This document shows positions 46,805 through 59,800 of a stretch of DNA of 64,000 nucleotides, in pieces. A program made the translations under genes and the position numbers. The notes below the pieces were generated by a model, which saw only the letters and a program-made list of their open reading frames with translations, searched no databases and was not told where the DNA came from. Numbering within the stretch: position 1 is the stretch's first letter; the number at the start of each line of letters is the position of its first letter. This DNA is from Takakia lepidozioides. Lineage: Eukaryota; Plantae; Bryophyta. Location: NCBI GenBank assembly GCA_030704615.1, contig CM060731.1, positions 55,614,001-55,678,000 of the forward strand, written 5' to 3'.

Positions 46805-49800
46805 CACACTGGGCCTTCGGTCGGAAGGGAAGAAGGTGATTACGACACTGGCACTCGTCCATTCATTTGCTTGGGTGTTTTCAAATGCGGTGCCGCATTC
46901 GGTTTCTAATCGTTTTCCCCCTGTGTATGCAGACGAACCAGTTCGATGCATACTGCTTTGTGAAGGAGAACTCCACCTTGCTTTCCGGAAGGAGGGAGGA
47001 AAGGTTGACCCGAACTGCGACCCACTCGATTACGACGTTCTGTTCAACAACGTTCCCAAGGAACTTCTCCCTCATAGCCTCACTTCAACGGAACCCCTGC
47101 GGTACTCACGGACTCGGAGCCCTGCCTTCATTCAGACAATTATGGAGACATGCACAGACGTGGAGGGCACAGTGCTCGACCTCATCTGTGGGACAGGTAT
47201 GCAGAATCTTGATCCATGCTGTTCTGCAAATTCTCGTTAGGATGTAGTTCGCAACATCTGAAGCGCCATGTGGTAATGTGTGGATGGCATTGTAATAGGT
47301 GCCTCAATGTGGGCTGGGCGGTTTTCCGACCGGCACCTCTTTGCCTACGAGGAGGATTCATCCGTGTGGGGATCCCATCTGGAGGGGCTGCAACGGAATG
47401 TGAAGGCTCCCGACAGAGCGGAAGTCTCCTCGGATTCGTCGGAGTCCGAGGAAGACACAGTGGACATTGATGCGGAGGAGAACCCGGAATACGAGTGAGT
47501 GCAAACATTGTAAGTTTGCAAAGCCTTCTGGGTCATTTATGTCAAACGAATTTTCCCGACTGTGGTTCTCATTAGTCTCGTTGATGATTGTCATGTGCAG
47601 GATTGCAGGGTCCGGGTCGAAACATGTAGGGCCTACACTTCCTGCCAGGAAGAATGTCCCGTTCTTTGCGAGGGCCGATTTCATGACGAGCCCGGTGAGG
47701 ACTACTCCCTTCCTAGTTATGCAGCTAAACTCGCAAATACAGCGATTAGAAGAAGTGAGAATCCCAGTAAAGTAGAGCAGATTTGGAGAGGGCTAGGGAG
47801 GACAGAAGGATAAGGAAAGAGTTGGCAGCAGCTCAGACAGGTAGACGGGTACGAAAGTACATATGTGATTCAGCGGATGAGAGCGACGCAGACAGGGAGG
47901 AAGACGACCCAACGGAGGTGAGATGGACAGTTCCGCAAGGGGAAGATGGGATTTTCGAAAGCCTGGCCAACGAGCAGTCCGCTGGAGATGAGAGAGGCAC
48001 TGAGGGGGTGGAGGAGGAGCAGGACAGTCTAGAACAGGATGAGGATTCGGATGATTTTCAAGATTAATAGAATTTTAATGAAGTCTCTGTAAATGTAAAT
48101 TCTCTTCCAGAGTATATAAGGAATTCTGCCCGACATTCGTGACCCCTCTCCAGTGTGCATTCCAGCCACACAATCGCCCAAACCACGACGCTCCAAAATC
48201 GGAAATGGGGCACCGCATTTCCAAAACAGGGGAACTCTAAGAACCTCTTTTCGAAATGCGGCACCGCATTTCCAAAACAGGGGAGGGACTAAATTTCCAT
48301 TTCAATGTTGGCATAGTAAAAAGTAATCTGAATTGGAAATGCGGTGCCGCATTTCCAAAATTTCCTTTGTCCACACGCCAGTTTTGGCCTCTCCCACTCA
48401 TTGCATGGATGCCACCACGCTTACAGAGGTCGAACAACGAGGTCGAACAAGGAGGTCGACATGGCGGGATTGAAAATGCGGTGCCGCATTTCAGTATTGG
48501 GGATGGTCGTTGTTCGAACTGCAGGCCCATCAGCAAAAATTGGCACCGCATTCCATTGTTAAAAAAAAGTCGATGACGGACATGGAAATGCGGCGCCGCA
48601 TTTCCAGAACGGACATCGCAATTTGTCCATCTGCAGACCCTCTCTCGAAATGCGGTAACGCATTCCATCGCGCTGGACGGAAATGTCACACTTTTCGAAG
48701 TGTTGTACGGAAATGCGGCACCGCATTCCCTTGTCCAAAAAGAAGTTTCCATTGCCAAGCTGGAAATGCGTCGCCGCATTTGCAATGCCAACCTCGTTTT
48801 CTGATCAATTTATAGACCCGTGTTGGTATTTCGTGTACCTGACGGAAATGATGCACCGCATCCCACATTTGCCGCATTTCGTCCGACATGGAAATCAAAT
48901 CAATGCATTTTTTTTTCAATGTCCGACATGGCGTTACTCTGGTATATTCTTGACACATGACTCACATACCGGTTACTCTGCTATATTCATCCGGACAGAC
49001 ACATTGTAGAAATGAGACATCAAATTGTAAACAGTGGGCCAATTCCGACAGTTATTCAACACAATGAAACACAATCATACAGAAGTGAGGTACGATGGGT
49101 TTATTGATCGGACACGATGTCTCACATTTACCAACTGCAGACAAAACTAAGCCCTTCCTCCTTCTACATGGGCTTCACCAAGTCGACGGAACTTCGATAC
49201 CCCTCAAAACAAGCTCATCACTGCTGCGGCACCTCGAGGTAAACTGCAATTCGGTCGTTCTGCTGCCCTTGCTGGAGCCGACGACAATGTCATGTCCATC
49301 AATGATACCACCATCATACATTGACAAGGTCACTGTGGGCCTCATGTGCCCGTGCGATTCGTCTTCGCAACTCAGCCGAATGTCTCCATACACTGGAAGA
49401 GCGGAGTGATCTGCACGTATATAGTTCCCCGGTGCCGTCCTCCCTGGTCCACTGGCAGCAGTTCCAGCGCCAAAAGCGAGGCCGTGCGTGATCTGTCCGG
49501 CATCCCTTTCCAGCTTGGTATATCGAGGTCAACAATTTTCAGGACCCACGGACCGCATTGACCCTCGCCCTCACCTCGCTCAAAGCGGTAATAGCCCTCC
49601 AGATACTCCATTGCGCGCAAAGACTCTTGCTTGATTCCAGCAGCGTCTGTGAAAACAGAGAGCCAGACAATGATGTCTCCTGATTCTGGTTTGAACATAG
49701 CATAATCGTGGCCATGATAAGGGCAGTCGGCTGGATTTCGGCGGCACGGCATCCTTGAAAAAGAGTAGCGGAGTACGCTCAATGACAGCAGCTCCCGGAT

Positions 49801-51324
49801 GGAGGAGGAGCAGCGCGGTGGCTGGAAAAAGTTCAAGCTAACGCTGCAATTCCTCACAAACACTCCAGGGCACATTTAAATTTCCCCCCTACAGGATCCT
49901 GGACCGATGAAGATTGGCTGCTGCATGAATGTAGCCGTTTCAGTTTCCTACCCTGCCATGCAAACTATGGGCAGTCACTGCCAGGTGGGCCGATAGCCAC
50001 TGGACACGACGAAGTCCATCCCCTCTCGATGTAAATGCGGCGCCGAATTTCCATCCGGGGGGATGGACTTCGGTGGCAGATCTCAAACTATAACTTGTTG
50101 ATGAGAAAGATGTATGGTTCATCCACCGCTGGCGTGATGAACACGTTCCACCTCCGTCGGTGGGTACGTGTGACCCAGATGCTCCATTATTGGAGGCCGG
50201 ACTGCTCTTCCGCTTCGTATCATTTCCAAAATCTAAGGGCTTCGTAGCTGTCCGCAAGGTCATCGGCATCCAAGTCGTCCTCAGGTCCTCCTTTGCAAGG
50301 ATGCCGTGCTTCCGGAACCGGGACGACTGCCCCTTTGGAGGCATCGATTATGCAATGTATTCGGCCACATCGGGAGACATTGTTATCTGGTACACAGATT
50401 ACACAGAAGATACTGGTTCGATTGTGGAAACATTGGTGGCTTTTGAGTATATCGTAGGCCACTACGCCTTCGAGGGGTGACGATCTTGGTCTGAGGAGTC
50501 CGTGGCTCCTGCGCATCCTCGATTCCGATTTTCCCAGCTACGACGGTCACCCATGCAGAAGAAGGCGCACTGCTATGCTGTTGCGGTGGAACTGCTGCCA
50601 CTGGACGTGGGTGGACTCCATCGGAGAGACCTATTCTCCTCGAGGAGTGCGCTCCTCTTCTCCATTGTATGGGGACATTCGCATTGGTGTGGACGACGAA
50701 AACGTGAAGATTTCCATATTCGATGGTGGTATGATTGAAGGGCAGGACATTGTGGTGAACATCACTAGGGGCGGTACAACGGCTGCAATCGACTTTACAT
50801 GGAGGAGCCCCAGGACTCATGAGCTAGTTCTGAGAGCAGTCGAAGTCCCATTGACAACGTGACTTGTATTCAGTAGGCACAGGGCTCAAGATTTGATGGC
50901 ACAATCAGCACAGTAGACGTGCTTCAAATGCAATTCATGTGGATCAATAAAAACCTCATTGTGCCCTCTTTTTATTCTATTCTGTGTCCATCGTTCCGAG
51001 AATGCGTCATTGCTCATTTCGTTTGGGATTGGGAGTGTGGGTGATTTTGCAAATGGCTGGTAGGCTGAAATGGGCCCCCATTGTACAGAGCAGTACCACC
51101 CTACCATTCGCGAAACATTGCCTTTCAATATATAATTCTAAATAACATTGCCGAACCTCCTTCATCGGGAGGTCCTTCTCCCCCTATGACCGTGGCACCC
51201 TAAACCCTATTCCCGCGGACACTCATTTCCGGAAAATAGTGCTGCTCATGTTTTTTTCCACACTTACGACTCTGCTCATGGCTCATGCCGCTCATGGCTC
51301 ATGGCTCATGAAATAGCAGCCCCC
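46805..51324 (+). mobile_element. Element X copy 3 (3' half; duplicate of 29180-33784)
   Basis: MTase exons, palindrome array ~48202-48890, orphan pair 49175-49752 and 50301-50862, and terminus. Confidence 0.85.
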
Positions 51325-54300
51325 GTGACAGCTGTGTCAAGCTGTGACTGGCTGTGTGAAACTGTGACGGGCTGTGACTGGCTGTGCGACTGTTTGGCTG
51401 TGTCGGGCTGTGACTGGCTGTGTCGACTGTGACGGGCTGTGTTGGCTGTGTCGGCTGTGACGACCGTGACGGGCTGTGTTGGCTGTGACGGACTGTTAAC
51501 CCCCTCTACAGTACGCTGCTGTCACCCCTAAGGTTCCTGTTGGTCTCAGTCTGTGCAAAAATTAAGGGTACCCTACAGATCCCGTATAAGTGTCTAAGTC
51601 CCAGACAGTCCTCTAACACTGTTGTATCCTCTAACTCTTGCTGTAATTTGAGAGTGACCTCCTCATCGACCTTGTTATGCACACTCAGTGGCAAGTCGAG
51701 CCTCAACTCCTTCTGAGTTCCTCCCTCAAAGCTGCCAATTGGGTAGTTGGGACAGGTATTTGACATAGTGTGCCCACAAATTAAGTGTCCTGTTATGGAA
51801 CTCATAAGCAGGCCTGTTGAGGGTCATCATCGTGAGCTTGCTGCTGTTCTCCCTGATCCTCAACAGTTGTGATGCCTCACGAACCATTCAGCCATTGCCC
51901 TACCCACATTTTCTTCCTGAACACACCTCATCCCACCACAGGTGCTGCAGTGTCTTGATATTCTTCCCCCCTTGTACCTCCATCACAAGTGTGGTTATTA
52001 CCTGCACAGCAGGGTTTCCCTTGGACACTCGCTGCACCTCTGGAATCATTGTTTCCCCTTATCAAGCCAGAATTTTCATAGAGAAGGTCACCCTTCTCAA
52101 TTTCGGCCACGACCTGCTCTGTAGTGGGAATGTCTAATCTTTTCTCCTTCCTGAGCAATTTGGGGTTGATGTCACTCATATACTAACTGTGGAACCTCTA
52201 AAACACAGAGTCATTTGGTTGTGGTGGCTTGACATCGAAGTGACTTCCTCCTCCCTCTCTGAAGGCCCTGCTTCCAATAATAGCAGCTCTCTGTGCTGCC
52301 GTGCCCCTTCCTGCACAAGAGTTTGGGGAACATTATCATGCGGTTTCCGTGAAGCCAGTGGATCCGCCACTACACAGTCTTTCCCCGCCTCTGTCTCTTA
52401 GACTGGGGTTGCACTGCCAGTCCACCCTCACTGTGTGAAGAGCCTTGCTCTTCAATTGCAGTGGTTTCTGTTTCAAACACTCCCATCTCCTTTCTTTCCC
52501 GAGTATCAAGTATGCAAGAATCAAGAATTATTTGAGCAATGATTGGACCAGACACAACGATCGGAGACTTTGCAGTAGTGCCCTGTAACCTCTTCATCTC
52601 GTCCACCAAGCCGTTGTACATTAACTCCGCCCAAGCGACATCCTCTCCCCTCAAAGCTTTCAGATCTCCTCTGTGAAGGACCTGCTCAAATACTGTTGGT
52701 TCTGTTTCATGGCAAACAGAACGTTCAAGATTTGGCCAACCTCCCTAAGCCCTGGGTACTCGGCTTTGGTACAAGCAAAACCTTGAGTTTTAAGAAACTC
52801 CCTTCTTGGAACAAATTCCCTATCTGCAATCTTGCCCTGTGCTCATCCACTCCACATGTCCTGATGGCAAATCAAATAGTTGCTGCAGGTACTGGGGAGT
52901 AATTTATATATCTACTCCCCTCACCTGAGTAACTCCTGTCCGAGGCTCAAAGTTTTTGAAGAATTGTATCATGAACTGCCGATGATGCAACGACCAGTCC
53001 TTTCGTACAATCCTCCAACGCAGCTCCTTCAGTAGCTGCACCGCCTGTGGTGCAGCGATCGTTTGCTTCTGTAAGATTGTGGTGCTTTTCACCCTGCTAT
53101 CTTCCATTCCTCTCACTCTCTTCATTCTGGACAAACAGAAAGGTTTTGGCTGTAACAATTGAAGAAATGCCTGCAGGCACAAAGCATAAACGTATGGTTG
53201 CCACAAAAATGTATGGGTAATTTCTTGTAAGCCTGCGGGGCTTGCAAGCATCGATTAAGAGAAAAGATACTCTCTGTTCTTCTATATCTTCGTGCCACTG
53301 CGTAAGTAGTATCGCGAGCGTAAGTCTGTTAGTTCCTCCATAGTTCAAAGCTATAGCATTGATGGTCTGTCCCGTCGAGACCCCGTTACTTGAACGATAC
53401 GACTCTTGCGCTTAAATCCCTCCAATTTCTTGATCCCTGCTTCTGGCTTATGATTGGCTGTACTGCTGTGACTGGATTTTAGATTTAATTTCCTTCCATA
53501 GATTTTCCACTCTGGACTGTCCACTAGGATAGCACATGTGACATGGATTTCGCTTTTTGGTACTTCTAAAGGGTTCGTTACCCTTTCCCCGTATGCATTA
53601 GGGCCCATAATAGTTAATGTGTCGGGTAGATACTTTGACGGCCAATTTTTGTCTTCTTTTTTTGATGACACTTGCCTTTGCAATCCATGTCCGGCTATGT
53701 GTCTCGCCCTGGCGTCCACGTGTCCATTTCTAAACGGCCTCCGTCTACTTTTCCGCCGGCCACTCTCCGAATGTTAACCCACGTCCACCTGTCACTGATC
53801 CTATGGATGTGTAACCCCAGTAGGCTGTGTTGAGCTGTGACAGGCTGTGTCATACTGTGGTACGTTGTGATAGGCTGTGTTGCACTGTGGTAAGCTGTGA
53901 TAGGCTGTGACACGCTGTGGTAGGTTGTGATAGGCTGTGTGAACTGTGATGGGCTATGATAGGTGTCGCGTTGATGGGCTGATAGACTGTGTCGCGCCTG
54001 AGGGTTGTGATAGGCTGTGCCACACAATGATGGCTGTGATAGGCTATGCTGTGATGGGCTGTGATAGGCTGTGTTGCGCCTGTACTGCCCGCCTGGTCAT
54101 ATACGCTCGGCCTAGCGACAAGTGCTTCCATACTCCCATTGGTATCATGGCGCAGCCCGTGACTGCTTCTGCGTTTCAACATGCAAATCATGTTGCAATG
54201 GTTTGTCATGGATACCACTGTACCCCTTCAACTTATTGCATTGACTCTTCACGGTTTGTAACATGGCGGTGTTGTTATCATACATCTTCTGTATGAATAA

Positions 54301-56830
54301 GGTCCTTTCCATGGTGATTTAAGTTAAGAAGCTTTAATCTTTCCCTTCTCTGCAACCAGAGAACCAAATCTCCCGTCTTAAAAGTCTTTTAACTTGCCTT
54401 CATCAAACTGTTCCTTCTTCTCTTCATCTGAATTCTGGTCATGTTATCAGCTGCATCAGCACGTACTTCTTCCACATGGTATAATTCATGTTTCCTGACC
54501 TTAATTGAATCTTGCAATCCATTCTCTTTTTCCCCATTCCGTTCTCATGGTAGGTAACAGGAATTCTACTGGAAGTAAGCTTCCATACCATAAACTAATT
54601 GGAATGGTGTATACTTAGTGGTGACTTTATATGAAGTCCTGTATACCACAAAGCTGTCAGCAGCTTTGTATCCCAATCCGTTCTGTTTGCATTGACTATC
54701 TTAGCCAAGATAGTACATAGTATTTTGTTGGTAGCCTCTCTGCCTGCCCATTACCTGTGGGTAATATGTTTGTACTCTTCCTATGCACAATCATGAACTC
54801 TTTAGTCAATAGTTCAATGGTCTCGTTAATGAAGTGACTTCCCTGATCACTGATAAATTCCAAGGGACAGCCAAATCGTGTAAGTATGTTCTCATACAGG
54901 AACCTTGCTGTGGACTTGGCTGTGTTGTCCCTCAAAGCTTTAGCTTCCACCCACTTCGTAGTATAATCAGTGGCTGTAATTATGTACCTGTTCTGTGTAT
55001 TTCTTGGCTGGTGGGTTAATTGGTCCAACAAAGTCTAGTCCCCATTTCTGAATGGTTTCGTAGGCATTGTAGGATGCAAAGCCATCTTCCCAGATCTCTG
55101 CAAAGGTCCTAGCCTCTGACATTCATCACAACTCTGACAACACTTGTGTACATCTTTGAACAAAGTAGGCCACCAGTAACCTGCAAGTAGTATCTTCCCT
55201 ACTGGTAGTCTCTTCTCCAAAATGACCTCCAGCCACTCCTTTATGAATTTCCTTCCAAACTTTATTACTTCATGGTGGTACAAGCATCGTTTTAGTACTC
55301 TCCATCAGGTCTTAGCTTATACATTCTGCTTCCTACCATAGTATAAGGTAAAGCCTTGATAGCGATTCTCTTCCTCTGCTCCTTACCATAACTAGGTGGC
55401 ACTGACCATGAGTAAGGTAGTATCTGATTGGCCACTGCCAATCTAACCATACATCTGCACTTCCTTGCACCTCCATTACAAACAAACTCGCATCAGGTAA
55501 CTGATCGTCTACTCCTGTGGCGGCCTCTCCTGTTGTTAGTCGTGACAAATGATCTGCCACAAGATGCAAACAGCCAGGCTTGTAAGCAACTTCGAACTCA
55601 AACTCGTGCGAGATTATTAACCACCTCGCTATCCTTCCACTTATCAAAGGTTTGTTCACCAGATATATCAGAGCCTGGTAATCCATAAAACATAAACTTT
55701 CTTCCCCAATAGGTAATGCCTGAATTTCTTGACAGCATAAATCATTGCCAATGCTTTTCTTTCTGTTGTGCTATAGTTCCTTTCAGCACTGTTATCAACC
55801 TGTTAGCATAGTACACAGGTGAATCTATATTTCCTGTAACATTCAGGGCTAACACCGCTCCCAACGCTTCTCCTGAGGCATCACAGTGAACATGAAATAC
55901 TACATGCCAGTGAGGGTTAATCAGCACAGGTGTAGTTGTTACTGACAATGTAAGTTCCTCAAAAGCCTGTTGACATTTAGCTGTCCATGCAAACACTGCA
56001 TCTTTCTTCAGAAGCTTGCTCAATGGTGCTGCTATTTGTGCATACCTTTTGACAAATCTTCTGTAATAACTGGTTTGCCCAAGGAATCTCCTTAGACTCT
56101 TAACATTTACTGGTGGTGGAGAGGCTTTAATGGCCTCTGTCTTCCTGGGATCCACAAGAAGTCCCCTCTTACACACAATGTGTCCCAGAAGCACCCCTGA
56201 GTTCACACAGAAAGTACATTTATCTGGATTCAGGCCCAAACCTCTCATCCTGCATCTGGCCAGACATAACTCCAATTTATGCAAGTGCTCATTCTTAGAG
56301 CTGTACACACTGAAATCATCCGAGAACACCTGCATGAAATCATCCAGATACTCATGAAAAGATTCACTTATCACTCTCTGAAAGGTTGCTGGTGCATTAC
56401 AAAGTCCAAAGGGCATGACTTTGTATGCATAAGCACCCCAGTCTGTGATGAAAGCTGTGTTTCCCTGGTCTTCTTCTGTCACTTGCACTTGATTATAACC
56501 ACTGAAGCCATCCATGAATGAGTACATCTCATGGCCTGCCACAGTGTCCAATACTGCTTCTGTGAATGGCAAGGGGAATGGATCCTTCTTCGTGCAAGCA
56601 TTCAACTTCTTATAGTTCACACAAACTCTTAGTTTACCATTCTTCTTGGAACTATCACAATGGGTGACAACCAAGTTGTATACCTCATTGGGTATATAAA
56701 CTTAGCCTCAGCCAACTTCTTGATCTCTTCTCCAACCTTCTGTGCATAGTTGGGATTCATTCTGTACCTTGCCTGCTTGATTGGTACTGATCCTGGTTCC
56801 AGTTCAATCTTATGCTGACATCTCAGGTGG
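51325..56830 (-). mobile_element. Gypsy LTR fragment (51325-51618) and internal fragment; duplicate of 33785-39320
   Basis: Identical junctions and shared derived variants (VFSDDF). Many 1-bp indels. Confidence 0.9.
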
Positions 56831-59800
56831 GGGGGCTGCTATTTCATGAGCCATGAGCAGAGTCGTAAGTGTGAAAAAACATGAGCAGCACTATTTTCCG
56901 GAAATGAGTGTCCGCGGGAATAGGGTTTAGGGTGCCACGGTCATAGGGGGAGAAGGACCTCCCGATGAAGGAGGTTCGGCAATGTTATTTAGAATTATAT
57001 ATTGAAAGGCAATGTTTCGCGAATGGTAGGGTGGTACTGCTCTGTACAATGGGGGCCCATTTCAGCCTACCAGCCACTTGCAAAATCCACCCACACTCCC
57101 AATCCCAAACAAAATGAGCAATGACGCATTCTCGGAACGATGGACACAGAATAGAATAAAAAGAGGGCACAATGAGGTTTTTATTGATCCACATGAATTG
57201 CATTTGAAGCACGTCTACTGTGCTGATTGTGCCAAAATCTTTAGCCCTGTGCCTACTGAATACAAGTCACGTTGTCAATGGGACTTCGACTGCTCTCAGA
57301 ACTAGCTCATGAGTCATGGGGCTCCTCCAGGTAAAGTCGATTGCAGCCGTTGTACCGCCCCTAGTGATGTTCACCACAATGTCCTGCCTTTCAATCATAC
57401 CACCATCGAATATGGAAATCTTCACGTTTTCGTCGTCCACACCAATGCGAATGTCCCCATACAATGGAGAAGAGGAGCGCACTCCTTCAGGAGAATAGGT
57501 CTCTCCGATGGAGTCCACCCACGTCCAGTGGCAGCAGTTCCACCGCAACAGCATAGCAGTGCGCCTTCTTCTGCATGGGTGACCGTCGTAGCTGGGAAAA
57601 TCGGAATCGAGGATGCGCAGGAGCCACGGACTCCTCAGACCAAGATCGTCACCCCGCTCGAAGGCGTAGTGGCCTAGGATATACTCAAAAGCCACCAATG
57701 TTTCCACAATCGAACCAGTATCTTCTGTGTAATCTGTGTACCAGATAACAATGTCTCCCGATGTGGCCAAATACATTGCATAATTGATGCCTCCAAATGG
57801 GCAGTCGTCCCGGTTCCGGAAGCACGGCATCCCTTGCAAAGGAGGACCTGAGGACGACTTGGATGCAGATGACAATGACCTTGCGGACAGCTACGAAGCC
57901 CTTAGATTTTGAAATGATGCGAAGCGGAAGAGCAGTCCGGCCTCCAATAATGGAGCATCTGGGTCCCACGTACCCACCGACGGAGGTGGAACGTGTTCAT
58001 CACGCCAGCGGTGGATGAACCCATACATCTTTCTCAACAACAAGTTATAGTTTCAGATCTGCCACCGAAGTCCATCCCCCCGATGGAAATTCGGCGCCGC
58101 ATTTACATCGAAGAGGGGATGGACTTCGTCGTGTCCAGTGGCTATCGGCCCACCTGGTAGTGAGTGCCCATAGTTTGCATGGCAGGGTAGGAAACTGAAA
58201 TGGCTACATTCATGCAGCAGCCAATCTTCATCGGTCCAGGATCCTGTAGGGGGGAAATTTAAATGTGCCCTGGAGTGTTTGTGAGGAATTGCAGCGTTAG
58301 CTTGAACTTTTTCCAGCCACCGCGCTGCTCATTTCTACAATTTGTCTGTCCGGATGAATATACCAGAGTAACCAGTATGAGAGTCATGTGTCAAGAGTAT
58401 ACCAGAGTAACGCCATGTCGATGAATGCGGCACCGCATTTCCATGCGGACAAGGAAATGTGGTGCCGCATTTCAATGCGACATGGAAATGCCGCATTTCG
58501 TGTCGGACAATGGATGCGGTGCATCATTTCCGTCCAGGTACACGAAATACCAACACGGGTCTATAAATTGGACAGACAACGAGGTTGGCATTGCAATGCG
58601 GCGACGCATTTCCAGCTTGGCAATGGAAACTTCTTTTTGGACAAGGGAATGCGGTGCCGCATTTCCGTCCAACACACTTCGAAAAGTGTGACATTTCCGA
58701 CCAGCGCGATGGAATGCGTTACCGCATTTCCGTGAGTGGGTCTGCAAATGGACAAATTGCGATGTCCGTTCTGGAAATGCGGCGCCGCATTTCCATGTCC
58801 GTCATCGACTTTTTTTTTACAATGGAATGCGGTGCCAATTTTTGCTGATGGGCCTGCAGTTCGAAAGGACCATCCCCAATATGGAAATGCGGCACCGCAT
58901 TTTCCAATTCCCCATCTCGACCTCCTTGTTCGACCTCTGTAAGCGTGGTGGCATCCATGCAATGAGCGGGAGAGGCCAAAACTGGCGTGTGGACAAAGGA
59001 AATTTTTGGAAATGCGGCACCGCATTTCCAATCGGCCGATTACTTTTTACTATGCCAACATTGAAATGGAAAATTGAGTTGCCAAAATTTTGGAAATGCG
59101 GTGCCCCATTTCTGATTTTGGGAGCGTCGTGGTTTGGGCGATTGTGTGGCTGGAATGCACACTGGAGAGGGGTCACGAATGTCGGGCAGAATTTCCTTTA
59201 TATACTCTGGAAGAGAAATTTACATTTACAGAGACTTCATTAAAATTCTATTAATCTTGAAAATCATCCGAATCCTCATCCTTCTAGACTGTCCTGCTCC
59301 GCCTCCACCCCCTCAGTGCCTTTCTCATCTCCAGCGGACTGCTCGTTGGCCAGGCTTTCGAAAATCCCATCTTCCCCTTGCGGAACTGTCCATCTCACCT
59401 CCGTTGGGTCGTCTTCCTCCCTGTCTGCGTCGCTCTCATCCGCTGAATCACATATGTACTTTCGTACCCGTCTACCTGTCTGAGCTGCTGCCAACTCTTT
59501 CCTTATCCTTCTGTCCTCCCTAGCCCTCTCCAAAATCTGCTCTACTTTACTGGGATTCTCACTTCTTCTAATCGCTGTATTTGCGAGTTTAGCTGCATAA
59601 CTAGGAAGGGAGTAGTCCCTCACCGGGCTCGTCATGAAGTCGGCCCTCGCAAAGAACGGGACATTCTTCCTGGCAGGAAGTGTAGGCCCTACATGTTTCG
59701 ACCCGGACCCTGCAATCCTGCACATGACAATCATCAACGAGACTAATGAGAACCACAGTCGGGAAATTCGTTTGACAAAATGACCCAGAAGGCTTTGCAA